Shown here piece after piece: positions 9,347 to 16,575 of a stretch of 32,000 bases of DNA (position 1 is the stretch's first letter; each line of letters opens with the position of its first letter). The notes beneath the pieces are model-generated. The model saw only the letters and a program-made list of their open reading frames with translations, was not told where the DNA came from and ran no database searches. The translations under genes and the position numbers were made by a program. The stretch lies in NCBI GenBank assembly GCA_025340205.1, contig CP006868.1, positions 150,001-182,000 on the forward strand. The letters run 5' to 3'. Source of the stretch: Ignicoccus pacificus DSM 13166. GTDB taxonomy: Archaea > Thermoproteota > Thermoprotei_A > Sulfolobales > Ignicoccaceae.

Positions 9347-9919
9347 TTGACCCTTAGGGATCTTGTGTCGGGGTTTAACTGCGACCTAGTCTGCGTAGAG
9401 GAACCTTGTTTCTGTTGGGATGATAGCGTTTACAAGCCGGCGGAGGACACGTGGCTTGCTTGGGAGCTCGTCGAGGAGCTTCCTTACGTCGGAGGTCTAG
9501 GCGTGGACGTGGGGTGCGGTTCTGGCGCCCTGCTGAACGTGATTTCCAAGAAAGTCGAGAGGGTTGTTGGCGTGGATCTGAACCCTTGTGCCGTGAAGGC
9601 TTGTAAGAGCTGTGGGTTCGAGGCACTCCTCTGTAGCTCTATGAGTTGCTTGAGGGAGGCGGACTTGGTCGTGGCTAACTTACCCTACCTCCCTTGTTCC
9701 GACGACATGAGCGTGTGCGAAAGCTATTTGCCTCAAGTGCTTGAAGGCTTGAAGGTTAAGGAAAACGGTTACTTGATATTGATATACTCGAGCCTAACGA
9801 CGATAGATCCATTAAGAATGCTTAAGGGATTTAGGATGGTTATGGAAAGGAAGGTGAATATGGGTATGGAAGAGCTAATAGGGATGGTCCTCAGAAGGGA
9901 GCCTCAGAACACCTTATAA
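9347..9919 (+). CDS. HemK2/Mtq2-like class I SAM-dependent methyltransferase
   Basis: VYKPAEDTWLAWELVEEL, then GVDVGCGSGALLNVI, GVDLNPCAVKAC, and ANLPYLP at the NPPY position. Confidence 0.7.
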   Translation: MTLRDLVSGFNCDLVCVEEPCFCWDDSVYKPAEDTWLAWELVEELPYVGGLGVDVGCGSGALLNVISKKVERVVGVDLNPCAVKACKSCGFEALLCSSMSCLREADLVVANLPYLPCSDDMSVCESYLPQVLEGLKVKENGYLILIYSSLTTIDPLRMLKGFRMVMERKVNMGMEELIGMVLRREPQNTL

Positions 9920-9920
9920 T
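9914..9920 (+). promoter_or_regulatory. TATA-box-like element TTATAAT upstream of the acetolactate synthase gene
   Basis: Overlaps the stop codon of the preceding gene; typical spacing would put the TSS near 9940-9946. Confidence 0.4.
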
Positions 9921-9929
9921 CCCCTTACG

Positions 9930-9958
9930 ATCAGCCCCCTTGAGAGGGAGAGGCTGAT
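9930..9958. repeat. Inverted repeat ATCAGCC-CCCT-TGAG-AGGG-AGA-GGCTGAT (hairpin or operator)
   Basis: 7-bp outer arms (9930-9936 / 9952-9958) and 4-bp inner arms (9937-9940 / 9945-9948) are perfectly complementary. Confidence 0.6.
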
Positions 9959-9977
9959 GCCCTGGGAATTGCGATAA
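9957..9977 (+). other. Possible 6-codon upstream ORF (MPWELR-stop) in the ilvB leader
   Basis: ATGCCCTGGGAATTGCGATAA preceded by the purine-rich GAGAGGGAGAGG. Confidence 0.2.
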
Positions 9978-10057
9978 CTTCCGGCGGAGCTTCCTCCGCC
10001 TCGGTAACCCTATCCTACCAGGGAAGGAACCTCATCCCTTCGATCCTAGGTATAGGA
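9960..10057 (+). promoter_or_regulatory. Structured 5' leader of the acetolactate synthase gene (several stem-loops)
   Basis: CCCTGG (9960-9965) pairs with CCAGGG (10018-10023). It encloses GGCGGAG-CTTC-CTCCGCC (9983-10000). Further hairpins are GAAGG/CCTTC (10023-10041) and TCCTA-GGTA-TAGGA (10044-10057). Confidence 0.5.
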
Positions 10058-10080
10058 AGAGATGTGAGAGGTGAGTATGA

Positions 10081-11814
10081 ATGCATGTGGCGGATGTTCT
10101 CTTAGAGTCTATGGAAAGGGAAGGTCTCCTAACGGTCTTCGGAATTCCTGGAAGCGCCAATCTGGGACTCTATGAGAAGATACCGGACCACAAGGTGAAC
10201 GTAATACTAATGAGGCATGAACAAGGAGCTGCTCACGCGGCGGATGCCTTTGGTAGAGTGAAGAGGAATGTTCCCGGAGTGGCCTTCGCTACCTCCGGAC
10301 CCGGAGCGACCAACTTGGTTACTGGACTAGCAAACGCTTACATGGACAGCGCCCCTATGATAGCCATAACCGGTCAAGTCCCTATGGCAGTTATGGGAAG
10401 GGACGCCTTCCAAGAAACCGACGTAGTTGGAGTCACTATGCCCATAACGAAACACAGCTTCTTGGTGAGGGATCCGGAGCACATAACTTGGGCAATAAGG
10501 GCGGCGAAGGTAATATCGATCACCAACAGGCCGGGTCCCGTTCTAGTTGATATTCCTAGGGACTTCTGGAAGGTGGACGTGGACTTCTACTGGCCTTCGG
10601 ACGAGGAACTCCTTAGGGAATGGATACCTGGTTACGACCCCAATCCCCCCAAGCCTTCCCCCGATCTAATAATGAAGGCGGCCAAGATAGTGGTTCAAGC
10701 CGAGAACCCCGTCATACTCGCCGGAGGAGGCGTCTGGTGGTCCGGTGCCACCCCAGAGGTCCTCAAGCTGGCGGAGGTCCTAATGGCACCCATAGTGACC
10801 ACTCTGATGGGTAAGAACGCCATTCCGGCTGATCATCCCCTATACCTAGGCCACGCCGGAATGCACGGAAGGCCAGAGGCCAACTACGCGCTATACAACG
10901 CCGACGTAGTAATTGCAATAGGAACCAGGTTCTCTGATAGAACCGTCGGGAACTTCGAGGAGTTCAAGAAGGGTAAGAAGATTATTCACATCGACATAGA
11001 TAAGAGCGAGGTAGGCAAGAACATAGAGCCAGATGTAGGTATAGTAGGAGACGCTAGAGAAGCAGTCAAGATGCTTAGGGAGTACATCGTGGATGCCCTA
11101 AACTTCAAGAGAGATATGGAAATTCCGCTTATCAAGAAAGCTAAGGAGTTCGGAGAGCAAGCCTGGGAGGTACTTCTAAGAGAAAGGGGTAGAGGAATGA
11201 AACCTTGGAAGGTGCTAAAGATAGTGAGGGAGGAGATGCCGAGAGACAGCATAGTAACGACTGGCGTGGGAGGCCATCAGATGTGGGCGGCCCTCCACTA
11301 CCCTGTCTACAAGCCTGGAACCTACCTAACCAGCGGAGGGTTAGGGACTATGGGCTACGGCTTCCCGGCAGCCATAGGCGCTAAGGCAGCCGCTCCGGAC
11401 AAGCCCGTCCTAGATATAGACGGCGACGGAAGCTTCCTCATGACCTCCCAGAACCTAGCTACGGTGAAACAGTACAACCTCAACGTAGGGGTTCTGATCT
11501 TTGACAACGGTTCTCTACAGCTGATAAGGCAGTGGCAAGACCTCTTCTTTGGTCACAGAAGGGTCGGCGAGAACCTGGCTTACCTACCGGACTTCGTGAA
11601 GCTGGCTAACAGCTTCGGAATAGAGGGGGTTAGGCCCGAGAGCTACGACGAGATGAGGAAGGCCATAAGGAGAGTGGCTCAAGGAGAAGCGCTCGTAATT
11701 GATTACATTGTGGACCCGGACATAATGGTGCTGCCGATGATAGCGCCCGGCAAGGTTATAGCCCCCGAGAATATCATCCTGACACCAGAGCAAGCAGCTG
11801 GAATCGTCGTGTGA
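10081..11814 (+). CDS. ilvB: Acetolactate synthase large subunit-like ThDP-dependent enzyme
   Basis: FGIPGSANLGLYEKI, MRHEQGAAHAADAFGR, ATSGPGATNLVTGLANAYMDSAPMIAITGQV, and a ThDP-binding GDGSFLM...N region. Confidence 0.85.
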   Translation: MHVADVLLESMEREGLLTVFGIPGSANLGLYEKIPDHKVNVILMRHEQGAAHAADAFGRVKRNVPGVAFATSGPGATNLVTGLANAYMDSAPMIAITGQVPMAVMGRDAFQETDVVGVTMPITKHSFLVRDPEHITWAIRAAKVISITNRPGPVLVDIPRDFWKVDVDFYWPSDEELLREWIPGYDPNPPKPSPDLIMKAAKIVVQAENPVILAGGGVWWSGATPEVLKLAEVLMAPIVTTLMGKNAIPADHPLYLGHAGMHGRPEANYALYNADVVIAIGTRFSDRTVGNFEEFKKGKKIIHIDIDKSEVGKNIEPDVGIVGDAREAVKMLREYIVDALNFKRDMEIPLIKKAKEFGEQAWEVLLRERGRGMKPWKVLKIVREEMPRDSIVTTGVGGHQMWAALHYPVYKPGTYLTSGGLGTMGYGFPAAIGAKAAAPDKPVLDIDGDGSFLMTSQNLATVKQYNLNVGVLIFDNGSLQLIRQWQDLFFGHRRVGENLAYLPDFVKLANSFGIEGVRPESYDEMRKAIRRVAQGEALVIDYIVDPDIMVLPMIAPGKVIAPENIILTPEQAAGIVV

Positions 11815-11815
11815 G

Positions 11816-12109
11816 GTGATGGGAATGGAGCAAGAGACTTATGTGATCAAGTTCTCAATATATGCCGCCGTGGATGGAGGACTCGACGGCCTCGCTAGGG
11901 CCATTCACGTAGTTAGGAAAGCACCGGTACAGTTCCACGACATGGCGGTTATAGATTCCGGGAAGACTAAGGAGATAACTCTTAGGGTATCCGGTAAGAA
12001 GAAGGATATAGACTGGCTGGCGAAGAAGTTGGAGAAAGTGGTAGAGGTATTAGAGGTAAAGGTGCAAGCGATGCCCACAGAGGTATCCTTAATGATCTTA
12101 CATCAATAA
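11816..12109 (+). CDS. Short ACT-like small/regulatory subunit of acetolactate synthase (IlvM-like)
   Basis: Directly follows ilvB with SD GAGGTGAT; 97 aa with an ACT-like pattern of beta strands and helices. Confidence 0.55.
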   Translation: MMGMEQETYVIKFSIYAAVDGGLDGLARAIHVVRKAPVQFHDMAVIDSGKTKEITLRVSGKKKDIDWLAKKLEKVVEVLEVKVQAMPTEVSLMILHQ

Positions 12110-12115
12110 AAAGTT

Positions 12116-13282
12116 TTACTTGAGGCCAAGCTCTGGTTTGGCCGGAGCCGGAACTCCTTGTACGTTCAGTTGTAGCTTGTATCCCCTAACGGCCCATCCT
12201 CCCTTTGCTGTGAAGGTGGTACAAACGGTGAACGGTAGCTCGTTTATGCTGAACCCGGTCTTCTGAACGGTCACATCCGGTAGGAAGCTTCTATCTTGTA
12301 TTACCTCGAGCACACCGGTTAAGGTGGGTACTTCCTTGAAAGGAACTACGTTGGGTACGTAGACGCAACCCTTAACAGAGGAGCCCGAGGGCACCTTGGT
12401 AACCTCGCTGTTTCCTTGGTAGTACTTAGCCCAGAGGTTCGGAGCTATGAAGTAGTAATAGTAGTTGTATGCCGGCAAGAAGGCCACGATAGTCTCTTTC
12501 TCTCCTACTTCGCTAACATATATTCCGTTGGGATAATCCAGTAGCGGTCCAGTCAAGCCCAGTGCCAACCTGCCTATCTTGTTGGGGATACTCAGCGTGT
12601 AGGTCACGCTCTGCTTCGGCGCCAAGGAGCCGGTCTTCAAGGTCATATCGGGGGCTTCAACCATGTCAACCGCGACCTTGAAGCTAACCTCCTTGTTGCA
12701 TTTGTTAGTTATAGTTACATTGAAGGAGGAACCTATTGGCAATAGCTTTTCGGGTTTGAACGTGACGTTGAGACAGCTTTGAGAAGCTGGGAGAACTCTC
12801 AGGTAGCCGTACCTGTAGAATATTATCTTGCCCTCTTGGGTCTTCAGCGTCACATCCACGTAGTAGCCCAAGAAGTTCTGAAGGACTACGGAGATCTTCG
12901 GTATGTTTACCTTACCCTTGGATATTTCTGAAACTATCTTGTTAAGCTCGTTAGTTTGTATCTCAGTCGCCTTTTCTGGCTTTAGAGGCACCATGACACA
13001 ATGAGTGCCACTCAAGTAGAAGTGGAAGGTGTCTTGGAGGGACGGCGCAGTCCCTCGAACGTCTGCGTAAAGCTTCGCCGTCACCTCAGCGCTGGTGCCG
13101 TTCAAGTTAAAGCACAAGAAGAATATCTTGGGCTCGTTCAATCTCACGTAGACTACGGGAGCTCCCTTTTGGAGGACCACTCCGTTAGGACTCTGTTGAA
13201 CTATCGCTTGGTACCACTGAACGGTGAACTGACTCGCTAAGAGGGTTACTAGAAGGGCCAAGCTCACAAGGAGAACTCTCAT
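12116..13282 (-). CDS. Hypothetical secreted/cell-surface protein, 388 aa
   Basis: Signal-peptide-like N-terminus (MRVLLVSLALLVTLLASQF) and beta-rich segments with Ig/CARDB-like character (VSFKVAVDMVEAPDMTLKTGSLAPKQSVTYTLSIPNK). Confidence 0.65.
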   Translation of the reverse strand: MRVLLVSLALLVTLLASQFTVQWYQAIVQQSPNGVVLQKGAPVVYVRLNEPKIFFLCFNLNGTSAEVTAKLYADVRGTAPSLQDTFHFYLSGTHCVMVPLKPEKATEIQTNELNKIVSEISKGKVNIPKISVVLQNFLGYYVDVTLKTQEGKIIFYRYGYLRVLPASQSCLNVTFKPEKLLPIGSSFNVTITNKCNKEVSFKVAVDMVEAPDMTLKTGSLAPKQSVTYTLSIPNKIGRLALGLTGPLLDYPNGIYVSEVGEKETIVAFLPAYNYYYYFIAPNLWAKYYQGNSEVTKVPSGSSVKGCVYVPNVVPFKEVPTLTGVLEVIQDRSFLPDVTVQKTGFSINELPFTVCTTFTAKGGWAVRGYKLQLNVQGVPAPAKPELGLK

Positions 13283-13397
13283 GATCGCTTACCCGCATAA
13301 AGTCAGCAAGCGAGGATTATAGATGGGGTCTCTGGTCACTTTCAGCTAACTCTCTCTGCTTTTCTCCTCGGTCGCGCCCTCTAAACCGGCGGCGCTC

Positions 13398-14540
13398 TTG
13401 GACGTATTCGTTGATCTATTTTTAGAGAAGATAAGGATCAGAGGGAGCGATCTCAAGTTCAATGCTAAGATCCCTCTAAGACCATTACCCAAAGGTGAGG
13501 AAGTAGAGCAAGCGGGAGTGGACGGCGGAGGTGGAGTCCTGAAGCTCGAAGGGGGTAAGGTGCTTTACATCGCGAGAGCGGTAGCTGTGAGCTCTGATGG
13601 TATGATTAGAGATATGATAGTTGAAGTGAATCCTTGGGAGAGCAAACCCCTTTTGGAATCTATGAGAAGCTACGTGGAATTGAGTGCAGCATCAAGGGTA
13701 AAGGATAAAGAACTGTTAATGGACGGATCATATTACACAGTCGTAGTAAGGTGGTTGCAGAGGGTAGCGCGAGTCGCGCTGATGAAGGCCAAGACCTCGG
13801 AAATTCTATCCCTTCCCTATACGTTGCTTGCATTAGAAAAGCTTGTTGATATCGTAAAAAAGAAGCCGATCTTCGTAGCTAAGAGTCCAAGGTTCAAGGT
13901 ATTTAAGGATTACTTAATATTGAAGGAATTATACGAGAGAACGGGATATGAAAAGTTCTACTTCTTGATGAAAAGCCCCGAGTTAGACAAGAAAGAATTA
14001 ATCCCCTATCTAAGGGATCCCAACGCTAGAGATTTGGTTCAAGTTCTCTTGAGCGCCGCGATAAGCGACGTCGACATGATAGAGGGAGAGGGATACACCT
14101 TCGGTTTAGAGCTAGGACTTCCGAGAAAGATAAGGAGAATATTATCTCCATCGATGATAAGAGAAATAGTTCAGATGGCGAGGGAGAATTATGAGATGAC
14201 TACGGGAGAGGAGGCGCCTAGGGTTAACTTAGAGGAGCTCTGTTACCTCAAGTCTCCAGTGCTCTGGTGGGTGAGCACTGGAAGGGTAAAGTTCACGGTA
14301 GAGGAGGCCTCCGGTCAACCTCTCTGCATCTCTTCAGTCAGAAGAGAAATCGATGCGGCTCCCTCCGCTCTCCCTCACTTGGTGGCCCATGAATACAACC
14401 CTTGGTTAGCGTTGGCTCACACCATAAGCACTCTCAAGGGGGAGCAACTGATGGTATACGCTCAACTGCTTAAGGCACGCTTAGGCATAGGTATGGAGGT
14501 GATCCGTGAAGATTTGTTATCCACCTCCAGGTCTAGATGA
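13398..14540 (+). CDS. NurA-like domain protein (putative nuclease fold)
   Basis: Starts with the NurA-type AGVDGGGGVLKLEGGKVLYIARAVAV, followed by LLMDGSYY and a late His-containing region LPHLVAHEYNPWLALAHTIS. Confidence 0.5.
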   Translation: MDVFVDLFLEKIRIRGSDLKFNAKIPLRPLPKGEEVEQAGVDGGGGVLKLEGGKVLYIARAVAVSSDGMIRDMIVEVNPWESKPLLESMRSYVELSAASRVKDKELLMDGSYYTVVVRWLQRVARVALMKAKTSEILSLPYTLLALEKLVDIVKKKPIFVAKSPRFKVFKDYLILKELYERTGYEKFYFLMKSPELDKKELIPYLRDPNARDLVQVLLSAAISDVDMIEGEGYTFGLELGLPRKIRRILSPSMIREIVQMARENYEMTTGEEAPRVNLEELCYLKSPVLWWVSTGRVKFTVEEASGQPLCISSVRREIDAAPSALPHLVAHEYNPWLALAHTISTLKGEQLMVYAQLLKARLGIGMEVIREDLLSTSRSR

Positions 14541-14552
14541 GGGGGAGAGAGA

Positions 14553-14795
14553 ATGCTACACATGGCGTTTCAAGACTACATAATTGTGGCGAATCCCGGC
14601 GATGTCATAACTCCATTCCAGACCTTAGCAACCAACGGGATTCTCACGCCTCTACAGAACTTGATCCAAAACGTCATAGCCAACTACACTCCAGAGTACA
14701 TAGTGCCCGCCACGATAATGTACATAGTAATATCTATGTTCATATTGGCTCTCTTCCTGTACATAGTAACCAGGATAGTATCCCCTATAATATGA
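14553..14795 (+). CDS. Small single-TM protein, 80 aa
   Basis: Purine-rich SD (GGGGGAGAGAG) just upstream of the ATG; C-terminal hydrophobic segment IVPATIMYIVISMFILALFLYIV. Confidence 0.6.
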   Translation: MLHMAFQDYIIVANPGDVITPFQTLATNGILTPLQNLIQNVIANYTPEYIVPATIMYIVISMFILALFLYIVTRIVSPII

Positions 14796-14805
14796 CTCTT
14801 TTTGT

Positions 14806-15126
14806 GTGAAGGAAATGTCAGTTTATTACATACCCCAATGGCTCTTAGTTTTCACAGCTGCCCTCGCTGTTCTCGCCTTTTGGTACCACGCCTTAACGCT
14901 AACGGCGGGTACCTTCGCTGCAAACGTTCCCAGAAAGGGATATTGTTCATTTATGATACTGGGATGGGCCTTGTTGGTGGGCGTACAAGAAGCCTCCTAT
15001 TTCTTGGCTTACTCCTTAGGAATCGCCGTATTTGAGGATCCGTTTCTAAACATGATATTCCTAGGATCCGCTCTCCTCTCCTTGCCTGCTCTCCTCTTCG
15101 CTCTCCAATGCCTCATTGAGCACTAG
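14806..15126 (+). CDS. Small polytopic membrane protein, 106 aa (start may be the ATG at 14815)
   Basis: Three to four hydrophobic segments; TATA-like CTATAATATG about 25-30 nt upstream. Confidence 0.6.
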   Translation: MKEMSVYYIPQWLLVFTAALAVLAFWYHALTLTAGTFAANVPRKGYCSFMILGWALLVGVQEASYFLAYSLGIAVFEDPFLNMIFLGSALLSLPALLFALQCLIEH

Positions 15127-15525
15127 GTACATCCCTTCTTCGGTATCCAAGAGAATAGCTTTTACTCCCTCAACCTTCCCTTCGTACACGTAAACGTCTT
15201 CTTCTACCTCATGCCAGTTAAGCTTGTTCAAGTCCAAGTTCTCAGGGGAGTGCCTTAGAACGGCGACTCTCCTGAGCTTCACCGGCCACTTGCTCAGCTC
15301 TCCGGCAGGCCCCTTTCCTATGGCCTTTCGATAGGTAATGTTCCCCTCTCTTATCACGTATTCGACGAACGTATCTTTAACATAGTCGCTAAGCTCCATC
15401 TGCTCTACAGCTTTCTTCAATTCACTCTTAGGAACCTCTTCACTAGAGACGAGCTTAAGGACTGGGATCTCAACACCTTCAAAACTAAGCTTTGTGACCT
15501 TGTACGTCCTCTTGATCACCGGCAA
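15061..15525 (-). CDS. Hypothetical protein, 154 aa
   Basis: Charged, protein-like composition (e.g. KLNWHEVEEDVYVYEGKVEGVKAILLDTEEGMYLVLNEA). It is directly downstream of the MFS gene and has a 66-bp tail-to-tail overlap with 14806..15126. Confidence 0.6.
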   Translation of the reverse strand: MPVIKRTYKVTKLSFEGVEIPVLKLVSSEEVPKSELKKAVEQMELSDYVKDTFVEYVIREGNITYRKAIGKGPAGELSKWPVKLRRVAVLRHSPENLDLNKLNWHEVEEDVYVYEGKVEGVKAILLDTEEGMYLVLNEALESEEESRQGEESGS

Positions 15526-15528
15526 CGC

Positions 15529-16575
15529 TTACTCCCCTCTAAAAGGGGTTGGGGTCATTGAAACGATTACCGCTAGCGCCGACGTCGAGAGCGAGTATAG
15601 GAGCAGTTGAAGGGGAGAGAGGGCGGGCATTAGCATTCCTCCAATTAAGCTACCTATGCCCAGTGAGGCGAAGGCCAAGCCGTACTTGGTTCCTCCCCCT
15701 CCCATGTCAGCTATCATGGCCTTCAAGACTACCTCTTCATAAGCTATCGCTATTCCCGCATAGGGAGCCAGAACGGGATAGTAGATGGATAAGCTCGCGG
15801 GAGCCAAGAGGACCGGTAGGATGAACGCTAACGAGCGAGACCTCGAGTAGAGCATGCCCAAGGGAAGGGCGACGAGGGCATCGGTCAACATGACTGAGGT
15901 ATAGAGGAGCGGAGCGCTTATGCCCTTGGCCTCCCCTCCTCCTGCGACCAGTATCGGTTGCGCGAAGCCCAAGCCTATCAGAAAGGAGAACAAGGCCAAC
16001 TTACTAGGACTCCAGTTGACTAGCTTCTTCCTAGGTTTGGCTCTTAGCTTTCTCAGCATAAGTAGAAGAGGAACGAGCGCTAGAGCCGGGATCGTGTAAA
16101 GCAACAGTACCTCTCTAGCTCCGAGACCGTATGATAGGAGCAAGAACGCTAGGAAAGGTCCTATTATCGCTCCCACTTGATCCATTAGCTCCACTATTCC
16201 GAAGTCCCTTCCCGGATCCTTTGCCACCGAGGCTAACAGAGCCTCCTTAGAGGGACTTCTGATGGCCTTTCCTATTCTCTCTATAAGTACGGCCGCTATG
16301 AAGACTCCCAAGGTAGGGTAAAGCGCCGAGAGAGGGTAGGAGAGGGTGAGCATGTAGCCTATAAACATGAAGGTCCAATGGGCGCCGAGCCTATCAGCCA
16401 AAACGCCGCTCAGCGCTCTGAGTAAGTAACCGGAGCCCTCCGCCACCCCGCTTAGGACGCCTATCCCTTCAAGGCCGTAATGAGGATAGATCAAAACAGG
16501 AGCCAGGGATCTGCCCCCTTCGTAAACGGTGTCCGCGAGCATGCTAAGTAAGCCAAAGATCAGTACTGGCTCCAT
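15529..16575 (-). CDS. MFS family transporter
   Basis: About 12 hydrophobic segments; N-terminus MEPVLIFGLLSMLADTVYEGGRSLAPVL. The start is revised from the track (16638) to the ATG at 16575, which has GAGGAAGG upstream and reduces overlap with the next gene. Confidence 0.75.
   Translation of the reverse strand: MEPVLIFGLLSMLADTVYEGGRSLAPVLIYPHYGLEGIGVLSGVAEGSGYLLRALSGVLADRLGAHWTFMFIGYMLTLSYPLSALYPTLGVFIAAVLIERIGKAIRSPSKEALLASVAKDPGRDFGIVELMDQVGAIIGPFLAFLLLSYGLGAREVLLLYTIPALALVPLLLMLRKLRAKPRKKLVNWSPSKLALFSFLIGLGFAQPILVAGGGEAKGISAPLLYTSVMLTDALVALPLGMLYSRSRSLAFILPVLLAPASLSIYYPVLAPYAGIAIAYEEVVLKAMIADMGGGGTKYGLAFASLGIGSLIGGMLMPALSPLQLLLYSLSTSALAVIVSMTPTPFRGE

Noticed and set aside
9930-9970. Fluoride or TPP riboswitch suggested by GGCTGATG
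   Set aside because: Other required conserved blocks of those riboswitches are not present.
9959-10027. tRNA- or H/ACA-like RNA hypothesis for the ilvB leader
   Set aside because: No T-arm GGTTCGAATCC-like sequence and no clear ACA/ANA box after the closing stem; kept only as a generic structured leader.
9944-10075. Open frame upstream of ilvB reading ALGIAITSGGASSASVTLSYQGRNLIPSILGIGRDVRGEYECMW
   Set aside because: Looks protein-like but lacks ATG/GTG/TTG until near 10063 and sits after an in-frame TGA at 9941; stem-loop structure is a better explanation, though a gene remnant cannot be excluded.
14537-14809. 90-aa plus-strand ORF (HDNVHSNIYVHIGSLPVHSNQ)
   Set aside because: Competes with the better supported small TM protein at 14553..14795, which has an SD and a hydrophobic segment.
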